From Sedimentisphaerales bacterium (GTDB lineage Bacteria > Planctomycetota > Phycisphaerae > Sedimentisphaerales > SM23-30): DNA of 64,000 bases. Location: the NCBI GenBank assembly GCA_963666285.1, contig OY762711.1; one strand, given 5' to 3'. Made by a program: the position numbers and the translations under genes. Positions 1 through 10,225 of the stretch are shown here, piece after piece. The notes under the pieces were generated by a model. It did not search any database. It saw nothing but the letters and a program-made list of their open reading frames with translations, and was not told the origin of the DNA. Positions within the stretch are counted from its first letter, which is position 1. Each line of letters starts with the position of its first letter.

Positions 1-1236
1 AGGGAAAAGTTTGAGATATAGACTCGCCAGCTGCCCGGCGGCACCGGCTGCACCAGGTGCTGCTAGACTGGTACCGTTAGAAGTTGTGTAAGAAGAATCA
101 TTTGAATAAGAACAGGTGTAAACAAGGTATCCATTTGCGACTACATCAGGTTTGATCCTGCCGTCGTCGGTCGGCCCCCAGGCACTGTGAGTAGCCATAT
201 TGGCATTTGCAATGTTTCTGACAAGTTCACCGTCAACTGTAGCAACAGCATCTGTAACCGAGCCAACAGTAAGAATATTTTTGGCACAGGCGAAAGTATC
301 GACTGTATCAAAACCGCCATTATCCCAGTTGTCAGCCTTGGGACCAGACGAAGCGTCATAGGTCATCGGATTTTCGAGGTCAAAATCACCATACTCATAA
401 TAAGTAGCTCCGTCAGATGGCTTACCGTCAGACCTGTCGTTACCGGCAGCCCATACCGGTAGATAATATGGTGAATCGTTGCAAATAACATCAAATGGAT
501 AGGAATAATAGTAATTCCCGAAATAAGCGCATTCATCCTGACCAGAAATCCCACTCCAATACCAGATTCCATCCAGGCTTACCCAGCCGTTAACGACACC
601 ATATGAATGATTTGAGATTGAAACTTTCCCAACCTGCCCGGAAGTAGCCATGGCATAATCTGCCATTTCCAGGTCGTCATCAGTCCAGTCAAAACAATTG
701 AGCATTGCAGCAGGCAGCATCCCTTTAACGCGTTCATTAACACCACTGGCAGCCAATACACCTGCAACCATTGTAGAATGATAATGAACCGTTGCACCAT
801 CGCTAGAAGAAACACGTCCTGTTAATTCCTGGTGAGTTTCTCTCGGCATGCCGGCATCCCACATGCCAACAGTAATACCATCACCATCTGCAAGGAAATA
901 TGAGTTATCACGAGTTTCAGCTCCATTGATTGACATAACAGCATCAACAGTATGGGCATGATTAACAATAAAATGCCCGTTATGAATCTCTCTAAGCTGA
1001 AAATCGAACTTAGTAAAAAGATCAGCTGCCCGGCTATTATTATTGAGAAAATCACTTGCCGCCTTGCGTGCATTTACCCGATTTGATGACCAATTAGAAT
1101 TGAACCCTCTATTTTCGTACATTTGCCGTGTTGGAAACTCCAGATTATCATCCACCTGAGCAAATATATTAATTGGAATGCTCAAAACTGTTAAAATAGA
1201 TAAACAGATTCCTCTTTGCCTCAAATATCTCAACAT
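1..1236 (-). CDS. Secreted subtilisin-like (S8) serine peptidase, 3' end runs off the window edge
   Basis: Not in the ORF track because no stop falls in the window. Manual translation from ATG at 1236 gives MLRYLRQRGICLSILTVLSIPINIFAQ (signal peptide), GDGITVGMWDAG (Asp), HSTMVAG (His), SNHSYG, WGPTDDGRIKPDVVANG and NGTSLAAPG (Ser). Confidence 0.9.
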   Translation of the reverse strand, partial: MLRYLRQRGICLSILTVLSIPINIFAQVDDNLEFPTRQMYENRGFNSNWSSNRVNARKAASDFLNNNSRAADLFTKFDFQLREIHNGHFIVNHAHTVDAVMSINGAETRDNSYFLADGDGITVGMWDAGMPRETHQELTGRVSSSDGATVHYHSTMVAGVLAASGVNERVKGMLPAAMLNCFDWTDDDLEMADYAMATSGQVGKVSISNHSYGVVNGWVSLDGIWYWSGISGQDECAYFGNYYYSYPFDVICNDSPYYLPVWAAGNDRSDGKPSDGATYYEYGDFDLENPMTYDASSGPKADNWDNGGFDTVDTFACAKNILTVGSVTDAVATVDGELVRNIANANMATHSAWGPTDDGRIKPDVVANGYLVYTCSYSNDSSYTTSNGTSLAAPGAAGAAGQLASLYLKLFP

Positions 1237-1603
1237 TATTTTTCTCGCCCTGTTATTTTGAGTAATTAAAACTTTATAAAGTAAGTAGTATTTTAGCAAA
1301 ACATTGCCAGAAACTGCAATAGCTTTATTGGCAACCTAAAAGAATACAACTTACACCACCACATAGTACTACCCATAAGACACTACAAACCAAATAGTTA
1401 TACCAAAAAACACCACATACAACAGAAAATAAACTGATACTGACTGTAAATTTATATTTAAATACGAATCAAGAAATCTCTATCCAATTAGCCCTATACT
1501 CTGTAAAACGTCATTGCCACAATAAACCATTTGGTTTAAATTAAATATAAGAAAAATTAACTTCCTTAAAAATCAGGAACTCCAAACAGAGAATAGAAAC
1601 AAC

Positions 1604-2971
1604 ATGAAACGAAGATATTCAATACTGTTAATGTTTGCCGCCGCTGTCTTTTTCTATTCAGAATGTCATGCAGGCGAAATAACCGTTCCGCCAGAAGGAT
1701 ATGACAGCTTCTATAAAAAATACCTCGATTGCGACGGTATTCCGGTAATCAGTTCTGAAAAAGTTGATGACCGGGCATTCTACAGGCTCAGGCTATTACT
1801 GGATAAAGTATTAGAGAATCGGCCGGACGTCAAGCAAGCTCTTATAGATGAAGGTTTTAAGTATATCATAATCGCCCAGGAAGAAGAAGTAACCGATGTA
1901 CCCGAATACGCTTATATGGAGCCAAAGGATTACTGGAATAAACGCGCGAGAGGGTTCGGCGGTAAAACCACCAGCTGCGGCGAAGAAAACCTGCTGATGC
2001 TGCCGGGCGACAGATATTTTAATGAAAGTATATTTATCCATGAGCTGGCCCACGGAGTACATTTGACGGGGCTGGTAAAATGCGAGCCCGGATTTCAGGC
2101 AGAACTGGACAGGCTGTATAAAAGTGCAATAGATAAGGGTCTGTATAAAGAGGATTATGCGGCAACAAATGCCGAAGAATACTGGGCGGAATCATTCCAG
2201 GCATTTTATGACTGTGATGCCGAAAACAATTTTGTACACAACCATGTAAACACCAGGGAAGAACTGATTGAATACGATAAAGATATATCGGATTTCATCG
2301 CAAAGGTAATGCGAATTAACAAAGACAATGACTGGCGTTATTATACGCTGATTGATGCAAACACTATTGAAACAGCCCCGGCAGAACTAAGTCAGAATGG
2401 CCAGTTCACCAGGTACATCTGGTGTGCAGGCTTTCCGATACTGGGAACCAGCGATGTTAATAATGACGAAATGCTGCTGATAAACAATCTGATAAGAAAT
2501 CTGTTTTACTACAGGCAAGATATCCTGGAGAAGATGACTGCTGCCGGTTATGCGATTATGATTAGCAGCCATGATGATGATAACATAATCAGTAAAGATG
2601 GAAACCATATTAAGATTAAGGCCGGCACATTACTGAGTACCAATGAAACCCTGAATGGCAACCCTGGAAAAGTAATTTACGAACTGGCGATGTCGGGGGC
2701 TGATTGCATTGAAGATAAAGGTTTTATGGAAAAGCTCAAAATCACATTCGATAATAACAAAGAAAAATGGTCTGAAAATTCTCAAAGGAATTTGAGTAAT
2801 GAAAAGATATATTTTGCAACCGGAGTACAGTTGTATTTTGATGCCGGAACCATATTGAATGTCAACAGTCGGGAAAAACTAAAGGAGTTCGATCCTGAAC
2901 TGGCAAAACTGGTCGAACAGGTATTCAAATATCCGAATAAGAAAAAATGGCGACTTTGCAATAGCAGATAA
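1604..2971 (+). CDS. Secreted HExxH zinc-metallopeptidase-like protein (ATLF/PPEP-like) with an internally duplicated domain
   Basis: Signal peptide; IHELAH motif followed by EYWAE; the second half repeats the first without HExxH. Confidence 0.65.
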   Translation: MKRRYSILLMFAAAVFFYSECHAGEITVPPEGYDSFYKKYLDCDGIPVISSEKVDDRAFYRLRLLLDKVLENRPDVKQALIDEGFKYIIIAQEEEVTDVPEYAYMEPKDYWNKRARGFGGKTTSCGEENLLMLPGDRYFNESIFIHELAHGVHLTGLVKCEPGFQAELDRLYKSAIDKGLYKEDYAATNAEEYWAESFQAFYDCDAENNFVHNHVNTREELIEYDKDISDFIAKVMRINKDNDWRYYTLIDANTIETAPAELSQNGQFTRYIWCAGFPILGTSDVNNDEMLLINNLIRNLFYYRQDILEKMTAAGYAIMISSHDDDNIISKDGNHIKIKAGTLLSTNETLNGNPGKVIYELAMSGADCIEDKGFMEKLKITFDNNKEKWSENSQRNLSNEKIYFATGVQLYFDAGTILNVNSREKLKEFDPELAKLVEQVFKYPNKKKWRLCNSR

Positions 2972-3017
2972 TAATATACGCTCCTGCAATGAAAGACGAA
3001 GTTTAAGTTTCAAGTAT

Positions 3018-3497
3018 TTACATATCGAACGGCTTGATAATATCATTAATAGCAAACTGACTGACAGCAGGCTGCGTTTCCGCAAACTTCACAATTTTAT
3101 TATCTTCAATTGTGATATGTTCAGACAGCCACATATTAATCAAAGCCAAAAGTTCATTTATTTCTGCCTTTTCATTATTCAACTTATCCAGCAAATCGTC
3201 AATCGAATCACACATTTGCTCATGTAATCGTTTATGTTCAAATATCTCTGGATAATCAATATAAAACATATAGTTTTCTTCACACTCAAAGTGTTTTTCT
3301 ACAAAAAATTTAAATTTCAGGAGAATCTCATAGGCAGACTCATAATTAAATGAATCACCTGTTATATGATGATAGAACTCATTAAGATCTTTAATTATTT
3401 CTTTATGCTGGTCATCAATTTCAGCTAAGCCAACCGAAAGCTTGTCATCCCATTCAAATACAGGCTGTTTTTGTTTTGTATTAATATTTTCTACCAT
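3018..3497 (-). CDS. Bacteriohemerythrin (single domain)
   Basis: W..LSVG..EIDDQH, HFECEE, HKRLH and WL.EHI..ED iron-ligand pattern. Confidence 0.9.
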   Translation of the reverse strand: MVENINTKQKQPVFEWDDKLSVGLAEIDDQHKEIIKDLNEFYHHITGDSFNYESAYEILLKFKFFVEKHFECEENYMFYIDYPEIFEHKRLHEQMCDSIDDLLDKLNNEKAEINELLALINMWLSEHITIEDNKIVKFAETQPAVSQFAINDIIKPFDM

Positions 3498-4146
3498 AAT
3501 TATGCTATATACTGATTTTTAATAGCACCCATTATTAATTACCCATATATATTGTCCACTAGCCCATACCTCGTATATAAACCGATTTAGCTTGAATAAA
3601 TCACTTAATGACATATTTCCCATAACTTCAATGCTAAAAAAATATATTTTTTTATAGGCAAACCACAATAAACGCATAATTGACATATAAAGCTAAACTG
3701 TCAGGACCACCCTTGGAACAGGGATTATTAGTTACTACAATAAAGCCAGTTACAATTCAGAATTATAACCAACTTTATAATGCCAAACACACTTTATCCT
3801 TAAATTAATTCATAACAATTTGCACAAAATAATAAATAACAGGATTCAAAAAACATCATATCATTATTAAGAATTTCCAATATTATAGGACGTAGTATCA
3901 GAGATTGAACCATATTGGAGTTCAAATGCAGTAGAACAAATAGCGGGCAAAGCTTAATCCGTAAATTGGTTCAAGGGTACATCTGAAAAAAACAAAGACA
4001 AACAAGATACAAATCTTTGACAATGCTGGTTTTTTATTGATATTATTAAACCATAAGGTTAATATATATCGAGTATAATTGCGGATGGGCCTACCATAGC
4101 CGCCCTACCTGGATAAACCATATAACGCATTATTTGATAACGGTTT

Positions 4147-4425
4147 ATGTCGCTAGAAAGTAATAATAACACTACAGAAGCGCGAGTAACAGATTTTGTC
4201 TCCCGATTAAGCGGTGAAGAGGCTATGCTGGTCACACTCAAGAGAGAGCTGTACGAAGGCTGCTGGACTACAATGTTAAGGGATTTGCAGAACCGGCTGG
4301 AAGGCAAGCCGTACATTTTTAAACTGGCGAACCGCATTATGGATGATATCAAGCGAATTGAAAAGTTAAAGACCTTTGAAGATGAGCTACAGATAGATCT
4401 CGGCGACTTCGTAAAACGACAATAG
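4147..4425 (+). CDS. Small hypothetical helical protein (92 aa)
   Basis: Clean ATG-started ORF with protein-like composition; TATAAT at 4074-4079 upstream. Confidence 0.7.
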   Translation: MSLESNNNTTEARVTDFVSRLSGEEAMLVTLKRELYEGCWTTMLRDLQNRLEGKPYIFKLANRIMDDIKRIEKLKTFEDELQIDLGDFVKRQ

Positions 4426-4431
4426 TATTTT

Positions 4432-4617
4432 AAGTGCGGTATCGCGCTTTTGACTGCTCAATATTACACGCAAAGGCCGGAACAGGCCATGTAAATAAAA
4501 GACATTACATTTTATTGTATTTCCGAGTTAATTCTCGAAAGTAAATTTAATTCAAAGCGTTGCAGGAAGGCCTTTAAGGCGATTTTTGCAACTTAAAACT
4601 GCGAAAGTAAACATATA
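4432..4617 (+). repeat. Dispersed ~190-bp structured repeat, copy 1 (short-loop allele)
   Basis: Aligns end to end with 5942-6129 and with the reverse complement of 44954-45152. Confidence 0.92.
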
Positions 4618-4655
4618 ACAATCCGAAAATAATAATGGAATTTAAGGAAGTGGTA

Positions 4656-5831
4656 ATGAAAAACACAAGCAAGGCGATATGTATCCTGTCAGCTTTTACT
4701 TTTTTGATTTCTTTATGCAGCTGCGGCTTACTGCCAAGCAAAAAGCCAGAAGTTGTAAACAAGGATATCAGGCTGTCATCAGATATACTTGATAAAATAG
4801 GATTGGAAGAGAAATGGGTCATACAGGATCTTGGCGGTCCTCAGACCACAATCAAAGCCATGTTGAAAAAAGGTTCTGCACTGTACATATTCAACAGTAA
4901 CAGTTCATTTTACTGTATCAACATGCTGACAGGCGGAGTCAACTGGGAGGCTCGCTTTCCTCAAAAGCTCGGCAACCTTGCACAATTGAGCACATACAAC
5001 AACCGTGTACTGATAGCTCTGAGTAACGAGATTTTTGAGCTTAATGTTGAAAATGGCAATGAAACCAACCACTGGGTACTGCCATTTACCCCTACCACTT
5101 CTATTGCCCGCGATGAAGAGCTTCTTTTTGCCGGTGCCAGTGACGACAGATTCTACTGTATGAAACTTCCCCTTTTGACAACTGTATGGAAGAGTCTGCA
5201 GACAGAACAACCTAAAGATGTTATCTGGCTGGATACCCGTGAAGAAAAAGGCAAACGTGTCGGTAATGTATTCTTCACTTGTGATAACGGTACAATGTAT
5301 GCGGCAAAATACGATAAACGCCAGCTGGTATGGGAGTTGAAAACCTCGGGGTCAATTCCTGGCAGCGTATTTGATAAAGATCAATGTTTTGTACCATCTA
5401 CAGACACCGCTCTTTATTGTGTGAATAAAGAAAATGGAAATATTTTCTGGAAATATCTTGCCGGCGGCAAGCTATATGAAGTTCCAGCGGTAACAGAAAA
5501 ATTTGTATATCAGCCGATTTTGAACAAGTCCCTGGTATGTCTGGAAAGATATCCTGAAGGCAAAACTCCGGCAGAAGGCCATGAAAGACTTATCCCTAAG
5601 GTAAGATGGGAACTTAAAACAGGCACAAAAATGTTGAGCGAAGTCGGCGATAGAGTATTTACAGTAAATGAAGCCGGCCAGATGGTTGTAATGAACAATA
5701 AAACGGGTCAGAAAGAATACGCGTTTTATATGCCTAATGTTGATACCTTCTGTAGTAATACCGAAGATGATTTGCTGTTACTGGCAAATAAAACCGGTGA
5801 TATACTGGTATTACAGACCACTCAATACTAA
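4656..5831 (+). CDS. PQQ-like beta-propeller lipoprotein (BamB-like)
   Basis: Lipoprotein-type signal (ISLCSC) and repeated G..W propeller blades. Start placed at 4656 after an AAGGAAG ribosome-binding site; the ORF is open from 4635. Confidence 0.75.
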   Translation: MKNTSKAICILSAFTFLISLCSCGLLPSKKPEVVNKDIRLSSDILDKIGLEEKWVIQDLGGPQTTIKAMLKKGSALYIFNSNSSFYCINMLTGGVNWEARFPQKLGNLAQLSTYNNRVLIALSNEIFELNVENGNETNHWVLPFTPTTSIARDEELLFAGASDDRFYCMKLPLLTTVWKSLQTEQPKDVIWLDTREEKGKRVGNVFFTCDNGTMYAAKYDKRQLVWELKTSGSIPGSVFDKDQCFVPSTDTALYCVNKENGNIFWKYLAGGKLYEVPAVTEKFVYQPILNKSLVCLERYPEGKTPAEGHERLIPKVRWELKTGTKMLSEVGDRVFTVNEAGQMVVMNNKTGQKEYAFYMPNVDTFCSNTEDDLLLLANKTGDILVLQTTQY

Positions 5832-5837
5832 AAGATT

Positions 5838-5871
5838 AAAGCTCTATAAGATAAACTTATAGAGCTTTTTT
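5838..5871 (+). terminator. Rho-independent terminator
   Basis: AAAGCTCTATAAG-ataaa-CTTATAGAGCTTT perfect stem followed by a T tract. Confidence 0.85.
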
Positions 5872-5941
5872 ATTCTAAATTATGTTTTTAGCAGGTATGG
5901 GGAAAAAGGGGAATATGCATTCAGCATAATCAAGACTGATA

Positions 5942-6129
5942 AAGTGCGGTATCGCACTTTTGACTGTTCAACATTATACGCAAAGGCCGGAACAGGGGCC
6001 TTGTGAATGAAAACTTTACTTTTAATTGTATTTTCGAGTTAATTCTCGAATGTAAATTTAATTCATAGTGTTGCAGGAAGGCCCTTTTGGCGATTTTTGC
6101 AACATAAAAACAGCGAAAGCTAACATATA
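5942..6129 (+). repeat. Dispersed ~190-bp structured repeat, copy 2 (short-loop allele)
   Basis: AAGTGCGGTATCGCACTT...TTCGAGTTAATTCTCGAA...GTTGCAGGAAGGCC...TTTTTGCAAC...AGCGAAAGCT, homologous to copy 1. Confidence 0.92.
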
Positions 6130-6167
6130 GAGAGTTTGTTTTTAATTTAATTCAATGACAGGAGCTA

Positions 6168-7790
6168 ATGAGTATGTCATCAATCAAGAGAGCACTTGTT
6201 TCGGTTTCGGACAAGAGCGGTATAGTAGAATTTGCCCGTGCACTAAGCAGCATGGAAGTTGAAATCATAAGTACCGGCGGCACAGCAAAGGCTTTGAAAG
6301 ATGCCGGGGTTAAAGTAATCAATATAGATGATGTAACCGGTTTTCCGGAGATGATGAACGGCCGAGTAAAAACACTCCACCCGAAAATTCACGGCGGATT
6401 ACTGGCTTTACGAGACAATACTGAACATGTCAAGGCAATGGAAGAAAACGGAATTAATGCTATCGACCTGGTATGTGTAAACCTGTATCCATTTGAACAA
6501 ACAGTAGCCAAGCCAGATTGCAGTTTTGAAGATGCAATCGAAAACATCGATATCGGCGGCCCGAGCATGGTGCGATCAGCAGCAAAAAATCACAAATTTG
6601 TTGCCATTGTAACATCTCCTGATCAATACGATACAATTATCGAAGAGATGAAGGCAAATGACGGAGCAGTAACAGATCAGACGAAACGAGAACTGGCAAG
6701 AAAGGCCTTTTCACTGACAGCGGCTTATGATTCTGCTATCAGTAACTGGCTAAACGGCCAGGCGGAAGATAATCTGCCGGAGAAAAAAACCATATCCCTT
6801 GTCCGCAGCAGCGAACTTCGCTACGGCGAGAACCCCCATCAACAGGCCGCGTTCTACCAGCTGGCAAGAAACAGCGGTGAACCTTGTGTCGCTAACGCCA
6901 GGCAACTGGAAGGCGGCAAGCAAATCAGCTTCAATAACCTTATGGATACAAACGCTGCCTTTGAGCTGGTCAAGGAATTTGATATGCCCGCGTCAGTAGT
7001 CGTAAAACACATGAACCCATGCGGCTGTGCGATAGACTCGGACAATATTGTAGAAGCATATCGAAAAGCATATTGTGCAGATGTAACCAGCGCATTCGGC
7101 GGTATCCTGGCATTTAACAGGCCGGTAACAGCTGAGCTGGCAGATGCCATATGCGAAAGCTACGGACGCTGGGGCAAAGATCTTGGCGCTGCCGGATTCT
7201 TTGCTGAAGTTATCATAGCGCCCGCATTTGATGCCGAAGCAGTTGAAATTATCCGTACCCGCAAACGCTGGGGACGTGAAGATGCCAGACTCCTGGAAAC
7301 CGGCCCTATCGATCGCAGCCTTATTGATTGCTGCGAACATGATGTAAGATGCATTGCCGGCGGTATATTATTACAGGAGCGTGACCTGATCGGCTGGGAA
7401 GAAGATCAGATAAAATGTGTTACCAAACGGCAGCCGGACGATCAGGAGCTAATCGACCTGAAACTGGCATGGATAGTAGCCAAGCATGTCAAGAGCAATA
7501 CAATTGTTCTGGCTAAGGATAATGCCGCGGTAGGAGTAGGAGCCGGCCAGATGAACCGGGTTGATTCCGGCATGCTGGCAATTCGTCAGGCAGGTGATAA
7601 GTCCCAGGGTTCGGTAATGGCATCAGATGCATTTTTCCCATTCCCGGACAATGTAACACAGGCAGCCAAAGCCGGCATAACCGCAATTGTTCAACCGGGC
7701 GGCTCGAAAAATGATCAGCTAAGTATTGATGAATGCGATAACCACGATATGGCAATGGTATTTACAGGTAAGAGACACTTTAAACACTGA
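6168..7790 (+). CDS. purH: Bifunctional AICAR transformylase/IMP cyclohydrolase
   Basis: RALVSVSDK, GRVKTLHP, IDIGGPSM, LRYGENPHQ and ASDAFFPF motifs. Confidence 0.98.
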   Translation: MSMSSIKRALVSVSDKSGIVEFARALSSMEVEIISTGGTAKALKDAGVKVINIDDVTGFPEMMNGRVKTLHPKIHGGLLALRDNTEHVKAMEENGINAIDLVCVNLYPFEQTVAKPDCSFEDAIENIDIGGPSMVRSAAKNHKFVAIVTSPDQYDTIIEEMKANDGAVTDQTKRELARKAFSLTAAYDSAISNWLNGQAEDNLPEKKTISLVRSSELRYGENPHQQAAFYQLARNSGEPCVANARQLEGGKQISFNNLMDTNAAFELVKEFDMPASVVVKHMNPCGCAIDSDNIVEAYRKAYCADVTSAFGGILAFNRPVTAELADAICESYGRWGKDLGAAGFFAEVIIAPAFDAEAVEIIRTRKRWGREDARLLETGPIDRSLIDCCEHDVRCIAGGILLQERDLIGWEEDQIKCVTKRQPDDQELIDLKLAWIVAKHVKSNTIVLAKDNAAVGVGAGQMNRVDSGMLAIRQAGDKSQGSVMASDAFFPFPDNVTQAAKAGITAIVQPGGSKNDQLSIDECDNHDMAMVFTGKRHFKH

Positions 7791-7852
7791 TCAGACAGGA
7801 CCTAATAACATTGGTATTACCATAATCAAGACTTTTAGGATAAACAAATAAA

Positions 7853-9766
7853 TTGGCTAAGACAGAAAACAAAACCGAACAAAACCGCCGCAGTTTATCT
7901 GCTGATGGTTTGATAAACTTTTCCGCCAGCAGATTATGGCTTACCGATGGTGCCCTTATGGTACACGATCGAGGGGTGTGTCTGCTCAGCTGGCTGTTTA
8001 ATATTGCCTTGTACCTGATATTGTGCAGTTTTTACAACCGCATAATGACCGGGCAATTCTGGATCGCCGGAGTAAACGCAGAGATAAGGTATATCATCCC
8101 CAATTTCCTGTCTCCGATCAACATATTTGAATTTCCGGCCTATATCCTGCTCTTTGGCGCATTTATGGCAATGATTATAGCGATTCCAATGCTGGTTTCT
8201 CAGCTGTATAACCTGTTTTATGCCCTGCCACTGGTTCTAGTCGGTCTGCTATTATGCCATGACCTGCCAATGTCTCTAAGCATATTTTTTGCCTGCGCGG
8301 CAGTAAGTTTCGATCCGCTACGTTTCAAATCCAAATTTGTCGCGGCGGTCTTATGTATGGCACCTGTCGTTTTTTACTGGGTCGTTTTTGCCGGGCCAAA
8401 TCCCTGGCAGGACAGCGATGCGTTAAGGTGGGCAATTGCTTACAGTCCCCTGGCATTTGCATATTTGAACTGCATACTGATATTTGGCATTACCTTGCTT
8501 ATCGGGCACTTTACCCGTTACAAACCATTTCTGATAGTGCTGGTTTTTCTGGCAACGCTGGGAGTTTCCATATGGCAGTTCTGTGATCGAATAGGCATTA
8601 ATGAACGTGATTTTCGTGCCGAGGTTGTTTCATTCAGTCCCAAGAACATGTCTGAGTTTCAAGACAGAAGCATCGTGCCTTTGATAGAAAAAGAGCGGGC
8701 TGCAATCAAACAGGAACAGCCATATCTAAGTGATGAAGCAATTGACAGCAAAATCAAATTCAGGTGGCGTTGGGCGTTTGCCCTGGAGCCAACTAATGTT
8801 ACGCCGGACTCAGAGGCCGCCAGGATAAGGATTAATATAGCAACAGCCAAAGAGCGGGCAATTGATTCGTTTAAGGGTTTTGTGGAACGTCATCCAAACA
8901 GTAAAAGGCTGGCTGAAGTGCTATACTATCGCGCCTTGACTATCGATATGATAGTTGACCAGCGAGCACTTCGATTTGAAGATTCCCTGAGGTTCACATC
9001 AGAATATACCTCTGAAGAATCTGAATTCCTGTGGCGGGCAATAAAAGAAAAATTCCCTGACAGCATATTTGCGATAGAAGCCAGACTCAGACTGGCACAT
9101 CTGCTGGCAGGTAAAAAACCAACTAATGTAACCGGCACATATAATTTCGACCAGGCAATACTGCTGCTGAAAGACAACCTGGAAACATGCAAAAACAGGA
9201 TAGAACTGATGCGAGCTGAGAGCGGTAAAGATCAACCGCTAGCCGAAACAATAGACGCAATCTTTTTGAAGCCGGAACCAGCTATTACACTGGCCGAGGC
9301 AGAGCAGCTGCAGAAAAGAATTGAAAAGCTAATCTCCCTGATCAGCCTGGAAAACCGGGCCGGCAACCTGAGACATGAGAAACGCCTGGCAGATTTTATC
9401 ATGCTGAACCCCAGTCAGCTGGGGTATGAAGATAAACTGAAAGAGCTGCTGCTGGATAGTCCCAAACCAGACCCACTCATTGACAATATCGAACTGGAGC
9501 TTGCCAGGATAACGCAGAATATCGATGAAAAAGATATCAAGCTAATGAATATTGTTAAGGAATACCCTGAAACTGACGGCGGTATTGCCGCAATGGTAGA
9601 ACTGTCTGACCTGCTGACAAAAAAGATATCACGGACTGACAAACCAGGCGAAAAAGAGATATACAGCAAACAGATAATAGAGCTGTTAAACAAAGTTATA
9701 AGTACGAGAGGTGACAGCTACCTGGCACGCCAAGCCCAAAAAATGCTGGAAACAATGAATAACTAA
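7853..9766 (+). CDS. Multi-TM membrane protein with a C-terminal TPR-like helical domain
   Basis: About 7-8 hydrophobic segments in the N-terminal 245 aa, then TPR-like turns (FVERHPNS, KEKFPDS, VKEYPET). TTG start is uncertain. Confidence 0.7.
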   Translation: MAKTENKTEQNRRSLSADGLINFSASRLWLTDGALMVHDRGVCLLSWLFNIALYLILCSFYNRIMTGQFWIAGVNAEIRYIIPNFLSPINIFEFPAYILLFGAFMAMIIAIPMLVSQLYNLFYALPLVLVGLLLCHDLPMSLSIFFACAAVSFDPLRFKSKFVAAVLCMAPVVFYWVVFAGPNPWQDSDALRWAIAYSPLAFAYLNCILIFGITLLIGHFTRYKPFLIVLVFLATLGVSIWQFCDRIGINERDFRAEVVSFSPKNMSEFQDRSIVPLIEKERAAIKQEQPYLSDEAIDSKIKFRWRWAFALEPTNVTPDSEAARIRINIATAKERAIDSFKGFVERHPNSKRLAEVLYYRALTIDMIVDQRALRFEDSLRFTSEYTSEESEFLWRAIKEKFPDSIFAIEARLRLAHLLAGKKPTNVTGTYNFDQAILLLKDNLETCKNRIELMRAESGKDQPLAETIDAIFLKPEPAITLAEAEQLQKRIEKLISLISLENRAGNLRHEKRLADFIMLNPSQLGYEDKLKELLLDSPKPDPLIDNIELELARITQNIDEKDIKLMNIVKEYPETDGGIAAMVELSDLLTKKISRTDKPGEKEIYSKQIIELLNKVISTRGDSYLARQAQKMLETMNN

Positions 9767-9841
9767 TATGCCGACAATAGTTGTAACGCAACAGCAGTTC
9801 ATCTAAACATGCCATTTCCAATTTTATTATCTAATCTTTTC

Positions 9842-9894
9842 TAAGTGCGATTTATGCTGCGTATCATATGCATGGCGCACTTTTGCATGTTCAA
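9842..9894 (+). repeat. Partial copy of the dispersed repeat (5' hairpin only, long-loop allele)
   Basis: TAAGTGCGATTTATGCTGCGTATCATATGCATGGCGCACTTTTGCATGTTCAA matches the reverse complement of 42605-42656 and of the 5' hairpin end of the 44954-45152 copy. Confidence 0.85.
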
Positions 9895-10158
9895 GGGATC
9901 CGCAATAATGAAATCTGTTTAATAATTTCATTTATAAAAGATTTTGTCATTTTTGATGAAGTATTGAATAAGCTGCAAAAAAGAACCGTAGAAAATATAG
10001 AGCATTGTCAGAATTGCTTCTGCAAATATCATTGTGCCGGGGATTGCCTTACCAGGTCAACAGTTGGAATTACGTTGGATGTAATAACAGACAATACGCG
10101 ATGTATAATTAATCAATCTTTGACACTAGATAAAACTGTCGAGCAATTAGAAGAATAG
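9868..10158 (+). pseudogene. C-terminal SPASM-domain remnant of a radical SAM protein
   Basis: CQNCFCKYHCAGDC...RC fits the SPASM CxxCx5Cx3C...C pattern. The radical SAM core is absent and the ATG comes from the repeat. Confidence 0.7.
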
Positions 10159-10225
10159 TTTATATCTCAAATTAATTGATCTGGATAAAATAACCTGTTT
10201 CAAAACAATTCGTGCAAAATAAGTA

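Noticed and set aside
141..1073. Several short ORFs in the track
   Set aside because: They are alternative-frame shadows of the S8 peptidase frame (1236 to 1, minus), which the track missed.
3655..3760. GGCAAACC...AAAGCT...AGCCAGTTAC resembling a c-di-GMP-I riboswitch
   Set aside because: The spacing is wrong, the GAAA-loop stem and GACGCAAA core are missing, and it is antisense to the adjacent hemerythrin gene.
3888..3985. Possible tRNA or small RNA (TTGAACCA/TGGTTCAA stem, GTTCAAAT)
   Set aside because: No cloverleaf or SRP motif could be built; only one 8-bp stem is solid.
4432..6129. Repeat copies as a CRISPR array, composite-transposon ends or attC sites
   Set aside because: The units are ~190 bp and dispersed rather than regularly spaced, they flank housekeeping-type genes, and no cas, transposase or integrase gene is in the window.
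5880..6167. ZTP (pfl) riboswitch expected upstream of purH
   Set aside because: The conserved GACTGGCG and CGCCTGGG elements are absent; the region is occupied by the dispersed repeat.
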